Virus record (IMG/VR): IMGVR_UViG_3300045425_000063
Span: 1 to 62,078 of that record
Reading direction: 5' to 3' (one strand)
Origin: a virus
Taxonomy: Duplodnaviria; Caudoviricetes
Length of the DNA stretch: 62,078 bases
This document shows positions 36,371 to 45,097 of this stretch, piece after piece; the stretch's first letter is position 1, and each line of letters starts with the position of its first letter. Under the pieces are notes generated by a model. The model searched no databases. It saw nothing but the letters and a program-made list of their open reading frames with translations, and was not told the DNA's origin. A program made the position numbers and the translations under genes.

Positions 36371-36753
36371 TTCATTCCGCCAGTTTCAAGTCGTTGTTTT
36401 ATGAAGTTCAATTGAGTATTATTTAGAATTTTTAAAGCTTGAATTGCCTTATCATTACTATATCCATAGTAAAGTTTTACATACTCTAAATTTTGAACTT
36501 TATCTTTACGGATCCAGGGAGAAAATCTCTTCCGTTTCCTCAAAGTATTTAGATAAAATGAATATTGCATATCTTTGTCTAATGAATGATTCATATTCAT
36601 TTCATTTGCAAAAAGAATGCATTCAATATGTGCAGACAAACATTTATTAATGATATAAGGTGCATAATCTTTTTTTGAAGTTTCATCTTCTTTCATTAGA
36701 TTATTCTTAGTAAAATTAATAGAATTCAACCAATCTTTCAATTCATAAGTCAT
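36367..36753 (-). CDS. g62: clamp loader small subunit (gp62)
   Basis: WLNSIN, PYIINKCLS, ANEMN, YYGYS. Confidence 0.9.
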   Translation of the reverse strand: MTYELKDWLNSINFTKNNLMKEDETSKKDYAPYIINKCLSAHIECILFANEMNMNHSLDKDMQYSFYLNTLRKRKRFSPWIRKDKVQNLEYVKLYYGYSNDKAIQALKILNNTQLNFIKQRLETGGMK

Positions 36754-37811
36754 CGTATAATTTCCAAGTTAGATCCAAGTTCCCACAATTCAAGTTCTTT
36801 CCTCAAGCGACCTTCGGATTTGAGTTTTTCATATCGTTTAGATGCTTTCACCTTCCACCATCCAATAACCTCTTCTGGTTCATATCCAAATTTAGAAAGA
36901 TAGTACCTTTTCTTTTCAGTCAAAGTTTTTGCATGTTGAATACACAAATTAAATTCATTTAACTTAGAATGACCTTTCAAAGAATTTCTTATGATTGAAA
37001 TCATCTTAGTTTGAATCTTCAATTTCTTTGAGGACTTATCCGCTGAAATCAGTCTTTCTCCGCCATTTGAAGTATTATTAAACCACCAGAACATTTCTTT
37101 AAAATAATCATCATGGAAGAGTGGAAGAAAATTACTTTCCGTATCTCCTATGTGTCTAATATAAGGTTTAAGACCATCATACATGGATACTCCTTTTGTT
37201 GTACCGTATAGTGAAGTTGTTTCAAAGTATTGAAGATTAATTCCATATTTTTGATCAAATTGTCGTTTGAGTTCATTAGAAGATGCTAAAAGAGCAAGAA
37301 GTTTGCCACCAAGATAATTGTACCCAAATGGTTGAACAGGAACAATATTAAATCCCATTACAAACTCACTGTTAATTCTAGAAAGTGAAATAACTTCACC
37401 AAAATAATCATTTCTTGGTTTTGAATTAATTGTTGGAGACCCAAAACGGACTACTCCAATTATCCTATTAGTTGTATCTTCAGTTACAATCCACTTCAAG
37501 GTTCTACCAGGAATTGCTTCCTCAATAGGATTTGAAGCAGTATCGTTTAAGATCTCAGAATAAAGATCTTGATTATACTTAGAAGTAGTTTTGGGATTAG
37601 TATCTACCTTACGAATTGTGAAAGACATTTCATTTGGATGGACATCAAAGTTAGAAAAAATCTCATCTTCAGGCCCAAACAATTTACCAGAAGCATTGTC
37701 CATTCTACTCTGTTTAACAAACCTAAGATAATCATCAATACGATTAAATTTAGAATAATATTCTATAAATTGATCTGCTGCCCAAATTGCATCTTCAAAA
37801 TTCAGTAACAT
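36750..37811 (-). CDS. DUF4338 / Druantia DruA-like protein
   Basis: PGR..KWIV, PFGYNYLGGKLLALL, TTSLYG...SMY. Confidence 0.6.
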   Translation of the reverse strand: MLLNFEDAIWAADQFIEYYSKFNRIDDYLRFVKQSRMDNASGKLFGPEDEIFSNFDVHPNEMSFTIRKVDTNPKTTSKYNQDLYSEILNDTASNPIEEAIPGRTLKWIVTEDTTNRIIGVVRFGSPTINSKPRNDYFGEVISLSRINSEFVMGFNIVPVQPFGYNYLGGKLLALLASSNELKRQFDQKYGINLQYFETTSLYGTTKGVSMYDGLKPYIRHIGDTESNFLPLFHDDYFKEMFWWFNNTSNGGERLISADKSSKKLKIQTKMISIIRNSLKGHSKLNEFNLCIQHAKTLTEKKRYYLSKFGYEPEEVIGWWKVKASKRYEKLKSEGRLRKELELWELGSNLEIIR

Positions 37812-37817
37812 AATATA

Positions 37818-38360
37818 TCAAAGAATTTGTTCAAGAGTATTTAAAATCTCAGAAGATTCAATTTTTTTAGGTTTAGGTTTTACATTAATTGCCAACATTC
37901 TATAGTCTCCTTTACACAATTTAAATGTTGCACCTGCACCATCACATTCCGTTCTAGAATAAACAGTATCCCAATCAGTATAACCAATACTCATTTTTTT
38001 AGTATCTACAAGAAGCATATGCTCAAAAGTTTTTTTAATATTTTCCTTTTTTAAATTAACAATACTTCCTTTTCCGGGTCTTTTATTAATTAAGACAACC
38101 CGTTTACAATCCTCATTTTTGTTAAACAAATCAAGGGATCCTTTCATTTCGTAATTCTCATTATATTGCGAAATGAAATCAACTCCATTCCTAAAATCAC
38201 CAACATACTCCATCTGTCCGTCACTCCATTTTGCGAAAGACTTTTCTTGTAGCCAGGTTCTGAGAGTTTTAAATGCATTAGACTTCATCTGAGTTGTATT
38301 AGTTGCTTCAACACAACCAAAAAATTCCTCAAGATTAATACGAGCAAAATCAATTTTCAT
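37818..38360 (-). CDS. hypothetical protein, possible PD-(D/E)xK nuclease
   Basis: LQEK...GVDF...YEMKG spacing. Confidence 0.45.
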   Translation of the reverse strand: MKIDFARINLEEFFGCVEATNTTQMKSNAFKTLRTWLQEKSFAKWSDGQMEYVGDFRNGVDFISQYNENYEMKGSLDLFNKNEDCKRVVLINKRPGKGSIVNLKKENIKKTFEHMLLVDTKKMSIGYTDWDTVYSRTECDGAGATFKLCKGDYRMLAINVKPKPKKIESSEILNTLEQIL

Positions 38361-38405
38361 AATAAAGTTTTAAATAATGTAAATTAGTGTATATTTGGAA
38401 GAAGA

Positions 38406-39350
38406 TTATTTAAATTCTACTTCGCACATTAGTTCAGTAAGAGCAGCAAGAAGATTGATTTCCTGATCTGCTACAAAACTTCCCTGATACTGATACTTAG
38501 CAATAATAAGAACTGCCGCTGGAATAGAAGCAGGAACTAGATTATCATAGAGAGAATCATAAATCTTACGAAGAATAGCAGTTGTGTCGTTATCAAGATT
38601 AGATACAACCCATTTCCTAACTTCAGTAAAGTTTTTATCTTTCAGGTTTTTAATCAATTCGTTTACGGAAATATCAGAAAATGATGCTAAAATCCCAGCG
38701 TCAATTTTTCCACTGGTTGAATACCGTTGGCACTCATTAAGAACTCTACGAAAATCCGGAAAGTACGTTGATACTAATTCGGCAAGAACTTTTTGATCAT
38801 ATTCAATTCTTTCTAGATCTAGAATTGCTTGAAGGCGATTGAAGAAGTTTGCTGCGAGTTGTGCCTTTTGTTTTCCTTTAATAGTAAAGTCAATACAAGC
38901 ACAACGAGAGTGTAGTGGTTCAATAATCTTGTTCTTATAGTTGCAGGTGAAAATAAATCGGCAGTTGTTATAAAATGCCTCAATATTTGCTCGTAGAAGC
39001 ATTTGAACATCGTTGCCCGTATTATCTGCTTCGTCAATAATAATGACTTTATGTTTAGAAGAACCAGTCAAGGACACAGTAGACGCAAAGTTCTTTGCTT
39101 GATTTCTCACAGTATCTAAGAACCGACCTTCATCAGATCCATTGATTATGTAAAAATCCGCTCCAAGTTCATTGCAAAGTGCTTTTGCAATTGTAGTTTT
39201 ACCGATACCTGGGGGACCGGAGAGAAGTAGATTTGGGATTTCACCCTTTGCCACAAACTCTTTAAATGTTTTTTTAGTATCATCAGGAAGAATACAGTCA
39301 TCAATTACTTGAGGCCTGTACTTTTCCACAAAAAGGAATTCACTTGTCAT
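38406..39350 (-). CDS. g44: clamp loader large subunit (gp44)
   Basis: VEKYRP, GPPGIGKT, DEAD, LHSRC, FPDFR. Confidence 0.95.
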   Translation of the reverse strand: MTSEFLFVEKYRPQVIDDCILPDDTKKTFKEFVAKGEIPNLLLSGPPGIGKTTIAKALCNELGADFYIINGSDEGRFLDTVRNQAKNFASTVSLTGSSKHKVIIIDEADNTGNDVQMLLRANIEAFYNNCRFIFTCNYKNKIIEPLHSRCACIDFTIKGKQKAQLAANFFNRLQAILDLERIEYDQKVLAELVSTYFPDFRRVLNECQRYSTSGKIDAGILASFSDISVNELIKNLKDKNFTEVRKWVVSNLDNDTTAILRKIYDSLYDNLVPASIPAAVLIIAKYQYQGSFVADQEINLLAALTELMCEVEFK

Positions 39351-39353
39351 AAT

Positions 39354-39884
39354 TTAATTTACCCAATTAGGTTTTCTTTCAGGAATACGAAGGTAGTTGT
39401 CTTTCACCCAAGGTTTGGTTGCAACATACTTTTGATACGCAGTAATCGTATCAATAGTGTCATTATACTTTAGATCATCAGGCATTGCCCTCGTAAATTC
39501 TACCACATTTTTGTAGATAGAAATCTCCTTTCCACTTTTAGTGGCAAAGATATTCTCTGCCACTTCAAGTCCTTTCATACAAGCGTGGTCTTTATCATAA
39601 CGATGTCGATACTCATTACAAAGGGCAAATCCGTGCCGAATCAACCAAGCAAGGTTCTCGTGGGATTTTGCTGCCCATTGAGTACAAGGATGATTACGGA
39701 ACGCACCCTTTTCTGTACTGTACGGCATACCGTCTTTTTTGGGAATATATCCCCAATCATAGTACCACTTGGAGAAGATGACAGAGACCATTTGACAGGT
39801 CTCCAAGGGCATTTTCACTACGTGTTTGTCAGGAAGTGCCACGGCAGAAAGAACCGGGCATTCATCAACTGCAAAAATATTCAT
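39354..39884 (-). CDS. pyrimidine-dimer DNA glycosylase / endonuclease V-like protein
   Basis: MNIF..D, DKHVVKMPLE..Q, NHPCT.W, EY..RY...H, AMP. Confidence 0.7.
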   Translation of the reverse strand: MNIFAVDECPVLSAVALPDKHVVKMPLETCQMVSVIFSKWYYDWGYIPKKDGMPYSTEKGAFRNHPCTQWAAKSHENLAWLIRHGFALCNEYRHRYDKDHACMKGLEVAENIFATKSGKEISIYKNVVEFTRAMPDDLKYNDTIDTITAYQKYVATKPWVKDNYLRIPERKPNWVN

Positions 39885-39902
39885 AATAAAGTAATAATGT
39901 TA

Positions 39903-40568
39903 TCAACCAAAAGTGCTATCGGGTTCTAGGGCAACCCAATAGGATACGTCAATATTTGTATTTTTAAACTGTGAGAGAAGTTTTTGAGAGATCACCACTT
40001 CATAAGTTCCAGGTAGAATTCTAAGATTTTCTACTTTGAAGTTGAAGGTGAATACATCATCAGTCTCCCCTACAACTACAGAGAAATCATTTGAGGTATC
40101 ATTCTTCTTATCACGAACAACTAGTTTCACAACACCCGCTTCTCCTACTACGGAAAGATCTGGAAGTTGATATACTGCGGCCGCCTTGAGTAAGCGATCT
40201 AGTTCTTTGGTATCTAAGAGAAAACAGACATCTTGACTGGGAAGATTAATTGACTTATCGGGAGGAGTAATAATCACGCTAGGATCAGCGAAAAAATACT
40301 TGGAGCGCGATTTGCCCTCACGAATCACAATATAGTTATCGTTCTCAAAGTCAAGTTCAGCATTCTTATGAAGAGAAAGACCATTTAGAAATTGATTAAG
40401 ATCGTAGATACCAAAATCTTTAGGTAGATCTTCCTCAATAGTTGCTTCCGCAAGAATATTTTTCATCACACTAATTGTTTTTAGCGTATTACCTTGCTTG
40501 AACAGAAGTGACTGATTGATTCCAGAAAAGTTTTTAAGAATAGAAATAGTATTGTCAGATAGTTTCAT
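39903..40568 (-). CDS. g45: sliding clamp (gp45)
   Basis: LKNFSGIN, FGIYDLNQFL, YWVALE. Confidence 0.93.
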   Translation of the reverse strand: MKLSDNTISILKNFSGINQSLLFKQGNTLKTISVMKNILAEATIEEDLPKDFGIYDLNQFLNGLSLHKNAELDFENDNYIVIREGKSRSKYFFADPSVIITPPDKSINLPSQDVCFLLDTKELDRLLKAAAVYQLPDLSVVGEAGVVKLVVRDKKNDTSNDFSVVVGETDDVFTFNFKVENLRILPGTYEVVISQKLLSQFKNTNIDVSYWVALEPDSTFG

Positions 40569-40577
40569 AATAATTAA

Positions 40578-41024
40578 TCAGCGGGCGAATTCAGAGAGTC
40601 CATTATCCTTACGTGTATAATGTCCATCAAAGTGAAGCAGTAGCATAGCATAATGAATGACTTTCATCAAGTCACGCTTATTGCGACCATCCTTGTCTCC
40701 ATAACGAGAACCATACTTCAGGATGTTTGCCTGACAGAAACCTGCTGCCAGTTTTTTTGCTGCCATCAGGTCAATAGTCTGAATATCAGCATAACCATCA
40801 CTATCACCACAGTAATGACCGTGATAGGTAGTAGTCACATATTCTTCAACATCTTTGAGAATTTTATCTTCGTTGTATTTCCAAAGATGATTTGTTTTAT
40901 CAGTCATAGTAACAGGAGTTTTTGTAAAATTAATGTATCCACTGTGTTCGTTCATAGTCATTCCATATTCAACTAGATCTGGCATTAATTGCCAATCGTT
41001 GTCTGTTTTAATTTGATCATCCAT
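40578..41024 (-). CDS. conserved T4-like phage hypothetical protein
   Basis: KYNEDKIL...TY.GHY, ANILKYGSRYG.KDG; TTGACC-17nt-TATAAT at 41055-41083. Confidence 0.7.
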   Translation of the reverse strand: MDDQIKTDNDWQLMPDLVEYGMTMNEHSGYINFTKTPVTMTDKTNHLWKYNEDKILKDVEEYVTTTYHGHYCGDSDGYADIQTIDLMAAKKLAAGFCQANILKYGSRYGDKDGRNKRDLMKVIHYAMLLLHFDGHYTRKDNGLSEFAR

Positions 41025-41060
41025 AAAGGGGAGAAGTCATAATAACCTTCCCCAATTATA

Positions 41061-42188
41061 TCAGAAAGGAGTTTGTTGGTCAAGATCATAAGTTACATGC
41101 TCGCCAGTGGGCATTTGGAAATCAGCATCAATCTTATCGTACAGTTCCAAGAATGCAGTTTTGGTTTCATCATCAAAACGGTTTACGCATACTTGAATTG
41201 CCTTTGCTTTATCACCGAAGATACTGTAAGCACGAATGATATGAACTAGACGACGAGTACTAATGATTTCATCAATACCACCATCATAGAATGTCTTACG
41301 AATAATATCACCCCAATCGGCAAGACGTTTACAGAAATCAGAATCTTTCACATTCAGTTGAGATGCAACACCTTCAAGGATCTTAACTTCAATAGAAGTG
41401 GAAGGATACTGTTGCTCAAACGTCACCGGAAACCGCTCTAGGAACGCTTCATTGAGCACGTTGGTGCCGATAAACCTACCGTCATCAGAACCCTTGCCCT
41501 TGGTGTTTGCGGTGGCAATCACATTGAATCCGGGGGAGGGTTTGACGAACCGTCCAATTTTTTTCAGGAACACACCCTTACCTTCTAAAACTGACTGAAG
41601 GCAGAGGATTTTATTAGATGCAAGATCAATCTCATCGAGAAGTAGGATTGCGCCACGTTCAAGTGCTTCAATAACGGGTCCGTTGTGCCACACCGTTTCG
41701 CCATTAACAAGGCGAAAACCCCCAATAAGATCATCTTCATCAGTTTCTACTGTAACATTTACACGAATGAGTTCCCGATTAAGTTGAGAACACGCTTGTT
41801 CAACACTGAGCGTTTTACCATTACCCGAAAGACCCGTAATAAACGTAGGATAAAAAAGACGGGATTGAATAATACGTTTAACATCGTTAAAGTTGCCAAA
41901 CTTGACGAAGGTATCATCTTTATCAGGAATAAGGTTTTGGTGAACTTCAGGTAGAACTGCAATATTATTATAAGAACGTTCAATTTCTTCAACTTTTTGT
42001 TGAGTCACTTCCAGATTCCAACGTCCACGATTAGTTTTGAACTGTTCAAGACGGCGAGTAACTGTCTGATAGTTCAGATTACGTGAGGCACAAAAACCTT
42101 TCAGGTCACCAGAAGTAATTTCCGGACCATACAATTCTTGAATAGAAGCAAACAATTGTTCGTCGTTCACCGAGGATTTGCGTGACAT
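41061..42188 (-). CDS. cobS: CobS/MoxR-like AAA+ ATPase
   Basis: GLSGNGKT, LLLDEID, TANTKG, EAFLERF, ISTRRL. Confidence 0.85.
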   Translation of the reverse strand: MSRKSSVNDEQLFASIQELYGPEITSGDLKGFCASRNLNYQTVTRRLEQFKTNRGRWNLEVTQQKVEEIERSYNNIAVLPEVHQNLIPDKDDTFVKFGNFNDVKRIIQSRLFYPTFITGLSGNGKTLSVEQACSQLNRELIRVNVTVETDEDDLIGGFRLVNGETVWHNGPVIEALERGAILLLDEIDLASNKILCLQSVLEGKGVFLKKIGRFVKPSPGFNVIATANTKGKGSDDGRFIGTNVLNEAFLERFPVTFEQQYPSTSIEVKILEGVASQLNVKDSDFCKRLADWGDIIRKTFYDGGIDEIISTRRLVHIIRAYSIFGDKAKAIQVCVNRFDDETKTAFLELYDKIDADFQMPTGEHVTYDLDQQTPF

Positions 42189-42280
42189 AATGTAGTTAGG
42201 TGGTTTTGTTTAACTGAAGTAATTATACAACAAAAAAAGGGGTCGTGGGACCCCCTATGGACAGTTAATCAACTGGTTCT

Positions 42281-42715
42281 TCATTTACTTCCCCAGTTTG
42301 CGGCACCAACTTTACGACACTTCACTAAAGCACCGGATGCATAAGCAGAAGGCCAAACTCTGTAACGTGATTTTACTTTTTTATAACAAGCATCTTTTTC
42401 ACCTGCTTCCTCTTGAGTTACAATTTTTGCAGGTCCCGTTCTATTTGGATTTGGATCTTCTCTACGTTTTTTCTTTGCCCTCGCTTCTCTTTCATTCTTA
42501 TCTAGCGATGCACGGTCATCGGGGTCTCGGCAATATGGTTTTGTAGTTTGTCCTGGTTGTTTTGCACAAGGTTTTCCATCATACTTACCACCAGTTTGAA
42601 CCCATCCGTCCCTAAACCAATCCTCAAGAGAATATCCTGGATCCTTTGCTGATTTACCGTCAGTTTTTTCTACAATTTGATCTGATATTTGAATGAACTG
42701 CTTAAAAGTTCTCAT
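42281..42715 (-). CDS. late hypothetical protein with capsid-targeting-like N-terminus
   Basis: MRTFKQFIQ start, WPSAYASGALVKCRK; ATAAATA at ~42733. Confidence 0.65.
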   Translation of the reverse strand: MRTFKQFIQISDQIVEKTDGKSAKDPGYSLEDWFRDGWVQTGGKYDGKPCAKQPGQTTKPYCRDPDDRASLDKNEREARAKKKRREDPNPNRTGPAKIVTQEEAGEKDACYKKVKSRYRVWPSAYASGALVKCRKVGAANWGSK

Positions 42716-42738
42716 TGTATAAACTTTTTAGTTATTTA

Positions 42739-44904
42739 TCAAGCAATAAGTTCCACAAACTCTCCAAGAATTTTCTTGTTGAGTTTTTTTGTTTTCAGGG
42801 AGCTTACAAAAGCAGATTTGATTTGAGTTTTAGTTGCATCCTGCGGAACTTTAAACTCACTTTCTTGAGACAGAGCACTAGAAGACATACCAAAGTATCC
42901 GTTATAAGCACTATTGGTAATCGTAAAACTTTTATTTTTTTTCCAATCAGTCATTGCCTTCTCGTGTTCATTACCGTAACTACCGCAATACCGATTAATA
43001 AAACTCCCAGCATCTCTACCATCCATAATTCTCATACCAATAAAGTTTACATCACAAAAACGATCACGAAGATTTTGAAGAAGAGCATCAGTAAATTGAT
43101 AAGGTTCATTACCAAATTTATAAGTTGTTCCTAACTTACGATCGCGAATAAATGTAGTTGAAGGAGAAAGTCTACGAGTTCCCATATAAGATTCCGAATT
43201 TTCATAACGTTTAATTTCTAAATGATAATTAAGAACTGGTGCTTCACCGTCAGTCAAAATTACACACTGAACTTTTTGAACTTTATTGGTTTTTTGAAAA
43301 TGAGGAATCACAGTATGAAGAGAAATCATACTCTCGTTTAGAGGCGTCCCAGAGAGCGTTAGACGGGGAGGATTATTAAACCCAGTATATTCTCTAAAGC
43401 ATGAAACAACCCGCCACAGGTTCACCATCTGCTCTTCCAGGGTCTTTCCGTTCACACTACTTGTCAGAAAGTTAAGTAGATTAAATCGTTCATCTACAGC
43501 AAACATTCCAGATTTTTTTTCGTAATGATGTTGGGGGTAAATTGGTTTACCATTTGAATCATAAGAAACCCGCGTCCAATCGCCAGTAAACGCATAAACT
43601 TCAAACGGAATTGATACTTTTTTACAAAACCAAATCAAATTATAAAGTTGTTTGATAGTGTCCAACATCACATTTGCCATTGATCCGCTCCAGTCAAGAA
43701 CAAAAATCAATCCGTGATTTTTTCCATCGGACAGAGTTGTTACTTTACGGAAAATGTCATCATTAAACTTATAAGTATGAAGTTTGGAGCAATCCAATAC
43801 CCCAGTGCGAGCAGTTGTTGCACGGGCATAGGAATCTGCTGCCTTTTTGCATTCAAACTCTTTTACTAGATAATTAACTTCTTTTTGAGCAGACTTCTTG
43901 AATTTTTGATAACTAGAGTCACACTCTTTAAAAATATTGGAATTTTTAGTTTCTTCCTCTTTAAATAGTTGTTGCTCACGGTAAAACTCGCTCACATAAG
44001 AATGAATCTCTTTGTTATTTACAATCACGGTTTCTGGATTTAAAGAAGGAATCTCAACATAGTGATTCTCATATCCACTTTGATTTACAAGACTCTCAAT
44101 AGATTTTTGAAGAGAGTCCATTGTTTTCACTTTAGGTTCTTCTTTCTCCTGTTCAATAGAAGATGCAGTCCCACCGGTCTGTGAAGACTGACTAGTCAAA
44201 TCTTCTCGTGAAGAAGATTCTTGAGGTTGGATTTCACCAGCATCATCTTCCTGATCTCCGTTATTGAACATTTCAGTTTGTTGATTTGGTTCCGATCCTT
44301 CACCGGAATTGTTTTGTTCGCGAGAGTTAATCTCAGGAAGTTTTGACTCCTCGTTTTCTTGCTCTTGCTTACAATATTCATATAGTTTTTTAGCAGCGAC
44401 TATTGTATCCTCAAAGGTTTCAATATTTGCAATTTCATTTACAATTTCTTGTTCTGGTTCATTAAACTCAAGGTAAACAAAATTTCCAACCTTAAAATAT
44501 AGATTCACCCGATCAGCAAGATTCATTGTAGAAACATCCTCATCATCAAGAGAAAAGAAGTCTTGTTCTTGGAGTTCTTTATATGCACCGTAGAAGGTCT
44601 TTGAGAGACCCATATAGCGGCGCTTAACAAGTTTCTCTACACGGGCATCCTCAACTATATTTACAAACTGGTGTGGCACTCCTAAGGAGGTCATATCCTG
44701 ATCAGGTGTATAAAGTGCGTGTGATACTTCGTGGGCAACAAGCATATCATAAACTACATTACTTGCCTTCTCCCACAAAGGAAGCGTAAGAACCCGAGTG
44801 TGAACGTTGAAACAGGCAGTATCAACTTTCTTATGTTCTACAATGAGGTCTTCTGTTGCTAGAAGACGAGCAAGCATTCCTTTGATTTCAAAATTGACCG
44901 ACAT
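42739..44904 (-). CDS. CobT-like protein: HExxH domain plus vWA domain
   Basis: AHEVSH, NIVEDARVE; DWSGS, GTPL and LTDG MIDAS motifs. Confidence 0.8.
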   Translation of the reverse strand: MSVNFEIKGMLARLLATEDLIVEHKKVDTACFNVHTRVLTLPLWEKASNVVYDMLVAHEVSHALYTPDQDMTSLGVPHQFVNIVEDARVEKLVKRRYMGLSKTFYGAYKELQEQDFFSLDDEDVSTMNLADRVNLYFKVGNFVYLEFNEPEQEIVNEIANIETFEDTIVAAKKLYEYCKQEQENEESKLPEINSREQNNSGEGSEPNQQTEMFNNGDQEDDAGEIQPQESSSREDLTSQSSQTGGTASSIEQEKEEPKVKTMDSLQKSIESLVNQSGYENHYVEIPSLNPETVIVNNKEIHSYVSEFYREQQLFKEEETKNSNIFKECDSSYQKFKKSAQKEVNYLVKEFECKKAADSYARATTARTGVLDCSKLHTYKFNDDIFRKVTTLSDGKNHGLIFVLDWSGSMANVMLDTIKQLYNLIWFCKKVSIPFEVYAFTGDWTRVSYDSNGKPIYPQHHYEKKSGMFAVDERFNLLNFLTSSVNGKTLEEQMVNLWRVVSCFREYTGFNNPPRLTLSGTPLNESMISLHTVIPHFQKTNKVQKVQCVILTDGEAPVLNYHLEIKRYENSESYMGTRRLSPSTTFIRDRKLGTTYKFGNEPYQFTDALLQNLRDRFCDVNFIGMRIMDGRDAGSFINRYCGSYGNEHEKAMTDWKKNKSFTITNSAYNGYFGMSSSALSQESEFKVPQDATKTQIKSAFVSSLKTKKLNKKILGEFVELIA

Positions 44905-44928
44905 TTGTGTTTCGTTGAATTGAATTTA

Positions 44929-45075
44929 TCATACAAAAGAACCTCCCTTTTTGGGGGAGGTACTGTGACGCTTTTTGAACTGGGCGAGTCGTTCTCTTGC
45001 TTGTCGAAGTGCTTGAGGTTTTAATCTTCGCTTCTGTTCCTTTTTGGAGTGGTGAAATCGGTTTGGAACTTGCAT
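44929..45075 (-). CDS. small basic hypothetical protein
   Basis: MQVPNRFHHSKKEQKRRLKPQALRQAR; start trimmed. Confidence 0.6.
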   Translation of the reverse strand: MQVPNRFHHSKKEQKRRLKPQALRQARERLAQFKKRHSTSPKKGGSFV

Positions 45076-45097
45076 CGGTCTTAAGAGTTTGAAGTAT

